Part shown: in pieces, positions 1 through 11,673 of the stretch
Layout: each line of letters begins with the position of its first letter
Numbering within the stretch: position 1 is the stretch's first letter
Source: Eledone cirrhosa
Taxonomy: Eukaryota
Assembly: GCA_964016885.1 (NCBI GenBank)
Contig: OZ024742.1
Location: 80,290,001-80,354,000, forward strand
Direction: 5' to 3'
Length of the DNA stretch: 64,000 bases
The notes under the pieces: generated by a model
What the model was told of the DNA's origin: nothing
Seen by the model: the letters and a program-made list of their open reading frames with translations, nothing else
The model's database searches: none
Translations under genes and position numbers: made by a program

Positions 1-20
1 AAAGCAAGATAAATACAGCT

Positions 21-21
<1 letters not shown>

Positions 22-81
<60 letters not shown>
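22..81. repeat. (TAA)n microsatellite (3' tail of the adjacent minus-strand SINE)
   Basis: Pure AAT repeat directly abutting the SINE 3' end. Confidence 0.95.
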
Positions 82-82
<1 letters not shown>

Positions 83-224
83 TGTTTCTACTTTAGGTAC
101 AAGGCCAGCAAATACCCAGTGCATTACTGGTACTTTATTTTATCGACCCCGTAAGGATGAAAGGCAAAGTCAACCTCGGCGGGATTTGAACTCAGATCGT
201 AAAGGGACGTAACTATGCTGGAAT
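80..224 (-). mobile_element. tRNA-derived SINE (Nin/Deu-type core), 5'-truncated
   Basis: Minus strand has B-box GAGTTCAAATCCC, core GCCTTTCATCCTTACGGGGTCGATAAAATAAAGTACCAG and a (TTA)n tail. Homologous to copies at 2217, 24421 and 25470. Confidence 0.85.
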
Positions 225-480
225 ATAATAATAATAATGATTTCATTTATTGTCCACAAGGGCTGACATATGGGGGACAATACAAAAGACTGGGACAGTG
301 GGGTTTTACAGAAAAATCGAGTAAACAATATGAATAACAATAACAAAGTAACAATAAAATTACAACAAGAAAAAATTCCCCAATAGGGGGGATGACCACC
401 CAGGGTTCGCTCAGGTACCCCACAAATCCTGAACGACCCGACGCTTCCAGAGCACCCCTCTCCTCCTCAAATGTACCTAC

Positions 481-1643
481 CTAGAGCCGTATGACCAGAG
501 TAGGCCCACTCACACGGGCCATTCTCGCAACATTCACCCACCTTTCAGCAAATGTACTGGGGGGCATCACTTCTCTCTCCACTCTCACCTTCCTTTCCAA
601 GTGAAACTTTAAAAAGTTGATGAGGGATTGGCCGAAGAGAAAAGTGTCTGTCTTCAGTCCTTTCAACCTCGTCGATCATAAAACCTCTTTCGCTACTGCC
701 ACCAGAGAGAGGGAAATTGCCTGCCCTTCCTGGCCTAAAGAAGACGGCGGTTCGATCTTCACTATGGACTCGCCCGATAGCCGGATCCGTTCTACACGCG
801 ACAACAGCTCTTCAACATAACTCCACAAGTCAGTAATGCACGGACACTGGACAAGTGCGTGCAGAACGGTTTTGTCGCTCTGCGCGCATCTCGGGCAGGT
901 CCGTCTGACAGCATTTCCGTGCCTGTAGAGTTTTTCTTGAACCGGCAGTGCCCCCCGGTAGCACTGCCAAGTGAGGGATTTTTGGAAATTGTCGATCGTC
1001 CCCGGCTCGAAAGTCCTCCGGTACAGACTGATTAGTTCGACTTCGTTGACTCCCAGAGCCTCTCCGAGTGCGTCGTCGTACTTGCCCACTACTAATCCTC
1101 TATAGAACTCGAGAGTGGAAGTTCCACTGACCGCATTGTCCGCCTGGTAGAGGGCTGTGAGTGCCTGGCAACATTCCAGATGCCAGTCACCTAGCCTCGG
1201 TTTCTTCTTGACCCAGGACTGCAGCTCAGTCAAAGAAACGAGCTGCAGAAAAGCCCGTCTGACAAACGGCGACCACACCTGTTCACCGTTTAGGCAGAAT
1301 ATCTGAAGATGCCGCAGCGACAGCGCGTGCCTGCGCATCATTAGCCACGGCATGCCCAGCCCTCCACGTAGAGGGTGCTGGCAGTAGATGGACCGCCTCA
1401 CCAGCGGAACCCTGACCCCTCCACAAGAATTTGAAGAGGAGAACTCCAAGATGGCATGGCACGAACGGGGGCTAGGGACGACGGTCAGACGGTAGTAGAT
1501 GACGGACACGATGTACGCGTTCGCCACCTCCGCCCGACCTTTCAGTGATAGCTTCATCCCGGCCCATTTCTGGGTGAGACTGGCTACCCTGCCCGTCACC
1601 TCGTCCCAATTTTTATGCACCTTCGAACCAAACCCCTAGCAAC
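481..1643 (-). pseudogene. Tx1-type ORF2 C-terminal region (post-RT + zf-RVT zinc finger), frameshifted
   Basis: ORF 676-1620 (KNWDEV, LSLKGRAEV, GGLGMPWL, TCPRC..HALVQC) continues in 481-666 (FLKFHLERKVRVER). LLGVWF lies in another frame at about 1625-1643. Confidence 0.9.
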
Positions 1644-1712
1644 TAGTTTTGTTGCCACCGTTGTTCTCGGTGCAGTTGGTATTGTTGTTGTTCGTGTTGT
1701 CACTATTTGTTT

Positions 1713-1994
1713 TCATGTTAGTGGTGTTGATATTGTTGTTGCATTTGTTATTTTTTTTTTGTTATCTGTATTTTTGTTGTCGCTGTTTCTGTCATTTTTT
1801 TCAAAATTAGAGTTCTCATTGGTATCATTGGTGTCTTTGTTTACTTTGTTTGTGGTGGTGTTTGTGTTATCAATTTGTGTTAATTTCGCTGTAGCGCTCC
1901 TCTCAACTTCTACGTCGTTGTCGCAAGACAGCAGACTTATCGCTGGGGGGCGTGGCTCAGCCATGTTTTTTTTTCTCCGTAAATTTTTTAACAT
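1713..1994 (-). pseudogene. Probable ORF1 N-terminus of the Tx1 element (Asn/Thr-rich)
   Basis: Basic N-terminus then low-complexity N/T/K, on the same strand and upstream of the ORF2 remnant. Positional inference only. Confidence 0.4.
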
Positions 1995-2216
1995 GTAAAA
2001 AAAGTTAAAATATTTGGGCCAAAGGGCCCAAATATTATACTTTCCCCTTCACAGGGCAAAGTCTAAGGGCTTATATCCCTTACACAACAAGAAATATTTA
2101 ATAACAAATACTTTTAACAGGCAAATAAAGCGACTTACTGGGTGCGTGCCAAAAAGACGTCCGAACAGACCAATAATATTAATAATAATAATAATAATAT
2201 CATAACATTATTAGAA

Positions 2217-2393
2217 TTGGCAGTATCGGTAGAGGGTCGGACATGCTTTCCAGCATAGTTACGTCCCTTTACGATCTGAGTTCAAATCCGGACTGGGTTA
2301 ACTCTGCCTTTCATCCTTACGGGGTCGATAAAATAAAGTACCCGTAATGTACTGGATAATTGCTGGACTTGTGCCTAAAATAGAAACAATTAT
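2217..2393 (+). mobile_element. tRNA-derived SINE (Nin/Deu-type core), near full length
   Basis: A-box-like TGGCAGTATCGG, B-box GAGTTCAAATCC, core GCCTTTCATCCTTACGGGGTCGATAAAATAAAGTACC, tail AGAAACAATTATT. Confidence 0.85.
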
Positions 2394-3147
2394 TAATATT
2401 CTTTTTGTTTACAAGTAAACGGCCTCATAAAACACTACGTTATAGATGATGACGTCATTTATTTGTTCCAGCTGTAGAACATAATCGACAATTGACAATT
2501 GTTAATTGTTTTGGAGTATCTTGGTCTCCTTAGTCTCCCGTGAGTTCGGGAAAATGCCTCATTCTCTCCTAATTACCATACCAGATTATTTAATGAAATT
2601 TATTCTAATCCTGAAGAATTTCTCTATCTCCGCACGTAAGGTGACTGCATATGTTAATTTATTAATCTAATTGCTTTGTATTGGAGGCGTGAAATAAGAC
2701 GTCCAATTTACAAAATGTACACATACCGCTAGACGGAAGTGTTAAAGCAGCTGCGATGCGACCAAATATATTGAAGCCTGCATATGTTTTTTTTATGTTC
2801 TTCGCTCCGCACACACATCATGATTAGTAATGAAAACAATGTCAAGTAACATCTAGAAATATAGTTCCGGTTTCTAAAGATGCCGTCTCAAAAGCTAGAA
2901 TGAAATTAATAATGTTACAAAAAGGAAATTGATATAAAGCATTAATAAATGTTGTTTGGTGTTTGAAAGGGTGCGTTAAGTGCACATCATTTCTTCATTG
3001 ATATGATGTTTACCAGAATTCCGACTGTCGTGAAAGGAAAGCAGTCTGCAAACATACATATATGAATACACTAAGCTTTAACGACGCCACATGTTTTTAT
3101 CTTTGATTTTGAAAGTAGGTTTACAATTATTAATATTCACGATACTG

Positions 3148-3250
3148 ATGTAGCTGTCTCGGTTGCAGGCCTAGTTGCAGGAATCATAGACGTTGGCGAT
3201 CTTGGCTTGAAGTTCGATCCTGGTCGGCAGTAGGGTTCCCGGTGAACCTT
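3148..3250 (+). mobile_element. Possible degenerate tRNA-derived SINE head
   Basis: A-box-like TAGCTGTCTCGG and B-box-like AGTTCGATCCT at plausible spacing. Confidence 0.3.
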
Positions 3251-3720
3251 TTCAGTTTTGTTCTATGGGATGTAAAATAAAAACTGAAAAAGACTACATG
3301 TACACCTCGACTATCATTGACCAGGATGTCCACCGTATCTAGTACCTACCACTAGTCCAATGAGACAGCTATGAAACATTACTGAAAATGTATACTTATA
3401 AACCTACTTTCAACATTTTCAATACAAAATGATATGATGCCGTTCATATCATTCTTAATGTTATTGCTCCTACTTTAGGTCGACTTCTATATCATTTGGG
3501 TGTTCCATAAAGTAAATCCTCGTTTTCTTTCTCATCTATCTAGACTATATTTTATCCTGCAATCTATGTTTGATTTTTGTTGCACCTAATTTCTCTCCCA
3601 TCCTCTCTCTCTCACTATCTCTCTCTCTCTCTCTGTGATAATTGAATCTACTATGATTCGGGCTTACCTTATTCATATATATTTTTCATGTCAGTTAGAT
3701 TCAAACCTACAATGACTGGC

Positions 3721-3723
<3 letters not shown>

Positions 3724-3802
<79 letters not shown>
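3724..3802. repeat. (TA)n microsatellite
   Basis: Pure TA dinucleotide tract. Confidence 0.95.
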
Positions 3803-3805
<3 letters not shown>

Positions 3806-4343
3806 GTAATCTGGGTTTTTCGAATATTAATAATAATATTCGATTTGTTTGCAACTATGCAAACCAGTCTCATTTTTAAAGCCATGTCAGTAGAATGAGC
3901 CTCTCATTCTTGCTCTTCTGTTGGCATGTAAACACAACTGCAGACATTAATATTTATGGCTATTACCCGCCATCAGTATAGTTCGCTGTTCACATGCCAA
4001 CTGTCAGAGCTAGTGAAAATATATGCTATTTTCTAAAATATGCAGTGACTCATCGGCCTGATTTGCATATTAGCAGACTGGCTGATCAGTCAGATCCCAT
4101 ATTAGCAAATCCACTGATCAGCCAGATTTGCATATCAGCAGACTGGCCAGTCAATTTCCTGTATACGAGCGACCAATGGCCGGCTTCGCTACATTCAAAT
4201 ATATCAAATAAAAAAAATCAAATAAAAAAAAAAGGTCTGATAGCTGGCAGGTGAACCGTGATGAACACATATGTGTGTGCTTGTGGGTGTGTTTGTGCCT
4301 GTGTGTGTGTGTTTGTATATATGTATATATGTATGTGTGTGTG

Positions 4344-4382
<39 letters not shown>

Positions 4383-4386
<4 letters not shown>

Positions 4387-4475
4387 CACCTTCACCACTA
4401 ATTGCTTTGACATGTCTTTAACACATTGACACCAACCATTATTTGCTCATTAGTTTGTATTTATGATGAATTTGT

Positions 4476-4552
<77 letters not shown>

Positions 4553-4573
4553 CTATATATATATATATATAAC

Positions 4574-4621
<48 letters not shown>

Positions 4622-4710
4622 ACAAATTCAACATACATACAAACTCATGAGCAAATAATGGTTGGTGTCAATGTGTTAAAGACATGTCAAAGCAATTAGT
4701 GGTGAAGGTG

Positions 4711-4714
<4 letters not shown>
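4383..4714. repeat. Inverted repeat, about 95-bp arms around a (TA)n spacer
   Basis: 4383-4477 is the reverse complement of 4620-4714 with 3 mismatches. Confidence 0.95.
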
Positions 4715-4760
<46 letters not shown>

Positions 4761-4765
<5 letters not shown>

Positions 4766-5374
4766 CTCACTTGTAATAATTCTTTACACACATCTCACTG
4801 CGTAACACACTTCTCTTTGTGTTAGATATTTGCATTTGAGCTCAGAAGAAAATTCTCTATTCTTCTTTGAGCTAATACTATTATTATCATTACAGTCAAC
4901 TGCGGAATACTCTTAATTCCGATCTTTATACTTAACGAGCTCCAAATTGTTGAGCTAATAAATTCGAATGGTTGAGCTGCCCTCTCTAGCTTTTGCTCCA
5001 ATCCATGAGAGCCGTTATTTGATGCAAATAACACGTGATTTCACTCTACTCTGGGCAGCGTGTGTATTAGCTTTTTCTCTATCTATGGGGTTAGATGTGT
5101 AGTAAACAGTGTCCACATTTGCTGACTGAGGATCCTGTGAACTCATATACTGCACATATCAGTGGTGAAACGAAGCGAGATTCGTATCAGCAAAGTTATA
5201 GTTATAAGGTTGGTAATTTAAAACTCTAATTCAGAGATTTGATTCTGACTTAGTTTTTTTTCTATTTAATTGCTAAACCTGTAGATATTGTTTTCTATAC
5301 AGTAACGGTAAAACTCACTTGTAATAATTCTTTACACACATCTCACTGTGTAACACACTTCTCTTTGTGTAAGA

Positions 5375-5379
<5 letters not shown>
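4761..5379 (+). mobile_element. Non-coding HHR-containing element, family A (retrozyme / non-autonomous PLE), 548-nt unit plus 71-nt terminal redundancy
   Basis: 4761-4831 repeats directly at 5309-5379. Internal hammerhead. (TA)n on both sides. Second copy at 59510-59986. Confidence 0.8.
5118..5194 (+). ncRNA. Type I hammerhead ribozyme
   Basis: Stem I TTTGCTGA/TCAGCAAA, core CTGAGGA (5126-5132), GAAA (5167-5170), stem III CGAA/TTCG, cleavage triplet GTA (after 5186). Stem II is imperfect. Confidence 0.8.
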
Positions 5380-5434
<55 letters not shown>

Positions 5435-5945
5435 TGTGTGTGTGTTTCTATATATGTATGTTGGCATGCATGAATGAATACACTAAGCTTTATATTTCGT
5501 AGAATGTAAAACCACAGATTTCAGCTATTTGAAAGCAAAGCATTGGTCCCTAAAATACTTCAGTGTGTCCTGCAATGCTACTGTGGGCCCCTGCAATGCT
5601 ACCGTGGATCCCCTGGCGCCCACTTGCCATTGAGCAACATGCCAACAAGACCAGTCCGCCACTGTATATATATATATAATAAGTGTTAAGATTAATAAAC
5701 AGTGATTTCGATATGGTTGTTTAAAATGTGCTCAATAAATTCATTTGTAGTACAATTACAATACAACGTTCCCAGCTAGAAGCCTAAGCTATGACATCAG
5801 AGTAATATTTCGTTCTACAGATTAACATGGGGATACATTACAGTACCCACAATTTCATGAATTGAAACAGCCAGTATCCTCCTAGTTTAGCACTCGAAAA
5901 ATCAGCAGGAGTAGAATATTCCACATTTGAGCTGGTACAATACTG

Positions 5946-6242
5946 TTTCAATATCGGTGAGCTATAATATAGTATAAATATTGCGCAGAAAAAAAACAAC
6001 AACAGAACAATACAGAAATGGGCGATAAGACTGAGTAACAACGACAAATTCCAATCATTAACTGACTCCTTTAGACTTATGTTTTTTCAGTGGATAAGTG
6101 GTTGGAAAAACCATAAGTCTAGAGGAGTCCGTTGATGATTGAAATTTGTCGTTGTTACTCAGTCTTATCGCCCATTTCTGTATTGTTCGGTTTTTTTTTC
6201 TGCGCATTATTTATACTATATTTTAGCTCCACCAATACTGAA
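5946..6242. repeat. Fold-back inverted repeat, about 140-bp arms, 16-nt loop
   Basis: 5946-6088 is the reverse complement of 6105-6242 (e.g. CAGAAATGGGCGATAAGACTGAGTAACAACGACAAATT / AATTTGTCGTTGTTACTCAGTCTTATCGCCCATTTCTG). Confidence 0.9.
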
Positions 6243-7288
6243 TCCTCCCAAGACAAATATCCTAAATTAGTAATGCATCTCTCGAAAAAAATGAATAACA
6301 AAAGAGATAGAATAATATATGCAGATGATTAATAAATAACAAGTAAGATAGAAGTACATAAAAACTGTAAACAAATACCTGCTAGGAAAACATAGTCAGA
6401 CATCAACAACAGTGTAGTGATACCAAGATCAGCCAGCCTGACGTGAGATTTCGAACACAAATCCCACTGACATGGAGAATACAACGTAAAAGTAAGGATA
6501 AAAGAAACACGTAGAAGCGAACAAATGTGCGTCTGCGTTGAAGCATGTCTATGAAGAAGGAGAATTTAGAAGCAACCCTGTCGGGTCTTTCAGAGGACAC
6601 GTGGAGATAATCGAGTAAAGAATAGGACAACAAACTTCCTATCATATAATTTTCTCACATCATTTTCCTGTTTGAGTGATCACAACATTTCTCTTCATCT
6701 CCTCTTTGTTATTTATTTTTGCTAGTTACAGTGGTTGCCCAAGCTGAATAGTAGAAATATTTCTATTTACTGTTCTGCTATTCTCCTGAATAAGTGTGTC
6801 GCCTTTTGCCTGCATTTTAAGGTCTTTCATTCACCGTACATATATGTATTCTTCTCGTCTTGTTTCTACGTTTGATGGAACGAAATAACCGACCAGTACA
6901 ATTGTTGTACTCCCTCGTATATATTGGATTTTATCACGAATACCACTATTTGGTCTGGTCTGAGTTTGTGTTAGAGTACTTGTTTCCGTTCGCACACCAT
7001 GTTCAGATTCAGCACATGTTCTGATCCTGGCTTTGGTATTACGTTGTCTCTAACTTACCCAGCTGATCGACATTGTTAGTGTGTTGAATGGATGTTTATC
7101 TTGATGTTGTCAATTGATTATATTTCTCATTATAATTTTCGTAGAACTTTTGTCTGCAATGGGTGTGTTCCACGGATTATTGATCAAATCGATCTAGCTT
7201 TATTTTTATTTTCCTAGTTGAATATTGTTTCATTCGTCAAAATGCTACACTACTCTCGTTCTGCATTAGTTTTAGCATCAAATGTTTT

Positions 7289-7422
7289 ATTTTTCTAATC
7301 AGTTTCTATATGTATTCATTTACATTGTGCCTATCACATAAGCAACATATTTAATATTTTTCTAATCAGTTTCTATATGTATTCATTTACATTGTGCCTA
7401 TCACATAAGCAACATATTTAAT
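7289..7422. repeat. Exact 67-bp tandem duplication
   Basis: ATTTTTCTAATCAG...CATATTTAAT occurs at 7289 and 7356. Confidence 0.9.
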
Positions 7423-7564
7423 AAAATCCAAACTGATAATTATGTGTTCCTTTGTATAGACTGAGGCATTGCTAATTTCAATGTTTGCAATAATACCACA
7501 TGCGAGAGGCATTATTTTACCTGGTCCATATTGCGTTTTGCTTTGTTTTCCACCACTGCGGAAC

Positions 7565-7583
7565 TTCGATCTCGCTGAAATTA

Positions 7584-7633
<50 letters not shown>

Positions 7634-7646
7634 CAGCGAGATCGAA
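7565..7646. repeat. 18-bp inverted repeat around (TA)n
   Basis: TTCGATCTCGCTGAAATT ... AATTTCAGCGAGATCGAA. Confidence 0.9.
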
Positions 7647-7702
7647 TTATATATGTATATATACGACCGATAGTTAGTATTTGCAATTGGAAATACTGAT
7701 TG

Positions 7703-7823
<121 letters not shown>

Positions 7824-8612
7824 GGGGGGAGGGGGGGGGCGTGCGTGTGTGTGTGCGTATGTGTATTTGCGTGCAAATATGTATAGAGGTTAGTGGAAAA
7901 GCTGATTGAGTAATAACACCGTTCGAATTATATGTCCAAATCGAAATAACAAAAGTAACCGTCTGCAACTGATTTGTGAGGACCCCTAGGTGAAACTAAC
8001 CGAGTATATGTATCTTATCCAGCCATCTGGTTCGATGTCTACTCCTGGGTTCTTCTCTATATTGATGCATTCCCGAGACATTATACGCAGATGCCCGTTG
8101 TATTGAAGTTGTGATCTCTCAATTCAGATCAGTAGCGGTCATACCTGGAGTAAATCTTTGATCTCCGAGCTCCACACTCTCTTGAGTAACGTTACTCCAA
8201 AGACCATTCGGAGGAGGAACTCTATTTCGGCAACTTGGATTCATGATCGTAATCCTTCGGTCGTAAAACAAGATTCATGATGATAAGTGTTGGCACGAAC
8301 ACCGAATTAAAGATAGCGAAAATAGCTTTCAAGCCTACCTCCATTCTTCTGATTACTGAGTGTTCAAACTGGCGCATTACTACAGGCCTCCTGACTTCCG
8401 TCACACGTGAACACGTCCACTAGATACTGGAACATCTCCACTCGCTTTAGTGGAAATCCACTCATATGTAGAATGCACTGCGCAGGCTTCCTTGATAGAA
8501 TGGTTGTCTCAATCTTCCAAGCACTGACACAGATTTTCATTCCCGTCGTGCAGCGCTCTGCATCAAGCCTATAAGGTGCATGTCGGAGATCATTTTCCGA
8601 CGCATTAAATAA

Positions 8613-9581
8613 CACTGGTCAACAAAGGTATTCTTTTTTTCTGCTGACTAATGTTTGGGACCTGTTCTTGAATAATTTGGGGCATTTGAGTTTAAAAATG
8701 ACAATACTTTGTTTCTATCACGTCAAGTTTCTTTTTAACTTGTGGACTGGTCCATATTGGTCCCACCCATAACTACAACCGATAGCACACTTGTTCATAA
8801 CATTTTGTTTTTCTTTCTGCTGACGAAATTTTGAAGCATGTTGATGAATAATTTGTGGCCCCTGAGTTTAAAACTGACATTAAACTCTTTCTATCATGTC
8901 AAGCATTTTATCTATGGGCTGGTCCATATTGGCCCCACTCAACAAGAGATATCATAGTTAATCGTTTGTGTTGACATTTTATTTTATCTATGTATTTAGA
9001 CATCATTTTATGTATCTAGATACACATAATTATATAAATATATTATATCTAATAAATATTTTCCCTCTTTTCAGATTGATTTTTAAGAAATAACACAGGT
9101 AGCACCAGTAGCACCTCCTTGTCTCTGTTTTAATATATGCTGTAGTTTTACAGTAACAGGTTAAATAATGAACATTAGTGAATGTATGAAAAGAGCATAC
9201 TTGGCTTACTTTAAGCTTAAACTTGGTAATCAGGATAAATCGTGGGACACGCACAATGTATGTAAACCATGTGTCGAAATTCTACGCCAATGGACAAAGG
9301 GCAAAAGGAAACAACAAGCATTTGACATACCTATGGTATGGCGCGAGCCAAATAACCATGCATAAGTTGCTATTTTTGTCTCACAAAGACTTCTAAATAT
9401 AGCAAGAAAATCGGCGGGAAATAGGTTATCCAAATATTGGTTCAAGAATTCAGCCCCTGCTTCGCTCAGATGAAACCCTGATGTGTTAGGAAAAAGTGGG
9501 TGCCATATTTCAAATTAGCAACTCAAAATTAGCTAAAAACAACAACAAAACCTAAGTCAGCAAAAGGTGTGTTGACCAGTA
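8613..9581 (+). mobile_element. Internally deleted Chapaev3-like (CMC superfamily) DNA transposon
   Basis: Termini CACTGGTCAACA ... TGTTGACCAGTA. 3-bp TSD TAA (8610-8612 and 9582-9584). Duplicated subterminal block (about 8640-8765 and 8812-8937). Transposase fragment inside. Confidence 0.75.
9168..9490 (+). pseudogene. Chapaev3-type transposase N-terminal zinc-finger fragment
   Basis: KRAYLAYFKLKLGNQDKSWDTHNVCKPCVEILRQWTKGKRK..F.IPMVWREP.NH, then a stop and CYFC. Confidence 0.8.
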
Positions 9582-10929
9582 TAATAACGTGTCGTCTGCA
9601 AATTTAAGCCGACTGTTGCTATGCCTGTCAGTAGGGATACCATTCGTAACAAGCTGTGAATATCAATCCACTTCATGAATATTATGAACAGGAGAAGGGA
9701 AATTACTCACCATTGAGGGAGTGGTTCCGATTTAGTCCCATTTACCTGAACGCAAATAATGACATTCGTAAAAGTCTTTAGAACAAGATGTCCATATTTC
9801 CGGCATTCTAGTACACATATGTCAGTCATAGGATACCTTGTCTATTTTTTTTTTTTTAGAATCTCGTGCAGAATCTCATCCCCCGAGAAGCCTTGACAAA
9901 TTTCAGCTAGATAATTATTCTCATGACCTCAGCATTTGAGAGATTATCCACCGATCCCAGATGTACTTCATGTGCATCAAAATATACTAATATTGCCGCG
10001 TTCAGAAAATGAGGAATATATTCTCTCCATCACGTGAACATGCACCTCTCTGACGTCAAAAATATCCAGACGCGTTCTTGGTAGTCAGTGTGGATGAATA
10101 CTTCTCATAACAAATTCTATTGATAATGCGCCAGTATATTTTATTTGCTGTTTCTATGTTGTTATCTGGCTATAGAGACGATGGAGAGAGTATTGGTAGA
10201 TGCAGAAAGAGATGGATAGATGGTAGATATTTACAATGACGGACAGCGTGAGTGGAACATTAACAATATGATATATCAAATCTGACATGATATTACTTTA
10301 GTAATATGAGCGGTTACATTTCGTCCATATAATCTATAAAATAGTACGTGAACAACTCTATGTATGGAAACCAGTTTACATAATTGAAATATGGAAGTGA
10401 TATGTGTCTATACTTCGTTATTGGTTATGTTTCTTCCATTTTATAGTGTAGTATATGTGAATGTATATAACTTGGTTTAAATGTCAAGCTAACCTACCGA
10501 AATCTAAACCGTGTATTAATTCGAATTATGGGCAGCGGAACTATAGGAAATAAACTGTCAACTGGTTAAAGTTGACATTGATGCATTAAGCATGTTTGAT
10601 ATTTTCGGTATTTAAAAAAATGCTTGAACATGTTATTTGTCCTTTATAACTGAAATAGGAATACGATATATGGTTATGGTTTGGGTCTGTTAAATAGAGT
10701 GATATATTTGGAGAATATTTCCTCATGTTTCATAATGTATAGCGTTTGTATTTGACAGACAGTTTTTCAAGTATCATTTACATATTTATTTAACGAGAAA
10801 CATTCTCCCGACGGCCTCACAAACTGTGTATCTAATTCTAAATTGCTAACATTTATTTACGGGAATATGTGTTTATACGCACACATGTACACACCTACAA
10901 ACAGGCACGCACATGCAGACACACGCACA

Positions 10930-10999
<70 letters not shown>

Positions 11000-11524
11000 T
11001 GACAAACACAGAAATACAAAAACAATTAGTGTTATTAAGTTCGTTGAGAAAGAGAAAAAAAAGTTCAATGTACTGGAATTTAGTACTTCGCCGGGTGAGT
11101 AAAAATAGATAGAAAAATAAATTAATAAAAAATAGAAAAGAGGGGAGGGGGCATGTGAGTATGTGTTCTGTTTCTATTTTTTTGTTTTGTTTTTTGTATA
11201 TCGCTGTGTATGTACGTGCTAAATACTAAATATTGTTCGTGAATGTATACGCATTGTGTATGAGTGGTATCTGTATATGATAAAGTTATGTGTATCAATA
11301 CAGACACTGTAAACAAGACTGCACCAAAGTTTATGAATATATACACGCATCTCATATTTAACATGCAAACATGGCAGAGTACCAGGAAATAAAACGGTTC
11401 TTCTAAATCTACAAAAATAATAAACAATTTTAATCAATTTTCGGATGTAATAGGACTCTCATCAGAAGACGTGTACATCATCCAATCAGCAACGAGGACA
11501 CATGTATTCATGTATTTGATGGGA

Positions 11525-11673
<149 letters not shown>

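Larger units (their letters stand above)
226..2172 (-). mobile_element. Tx1/L1-clade LINE, internally deleted (putative 5'UTR + ORF1 start joined to ORF2 C-terminus + 3'UTR)
   Basis: ORF2 motifs LLGVWF..KNW, GGLGMP and CPRC..H..C zinc finger. AATAAA plus (TTA)n tail at 226-251. (TAA)n on both flanks. Assignment of 1645-2172 to this element is inferred. Confidence 0.75.
7990..9900 (-). mobile_element. Degenerate RTE-clade LINE (RT to C-terminus), split by a DNA transposon
   Basis: Minus-strand motifs FADD (9590-9602), GMKI..KIET..LSRKP..C.L...G.PLKRVE.FQYL, AIFNSVFVPTL. The frame rejoins when 8613-9584 is removed. Confidence 0.8.

Noticed and set aside
1615-1998. Hydrophobic plus-strand ORF resembling a membrane protein
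   Set aside because: Antisense of an A/C-rich low-complexity stretch.
2217-2300. tRNA gene
   Set aside because: The A/B boxes belong to a multi-copy SINE head and no cloverleaf forms.
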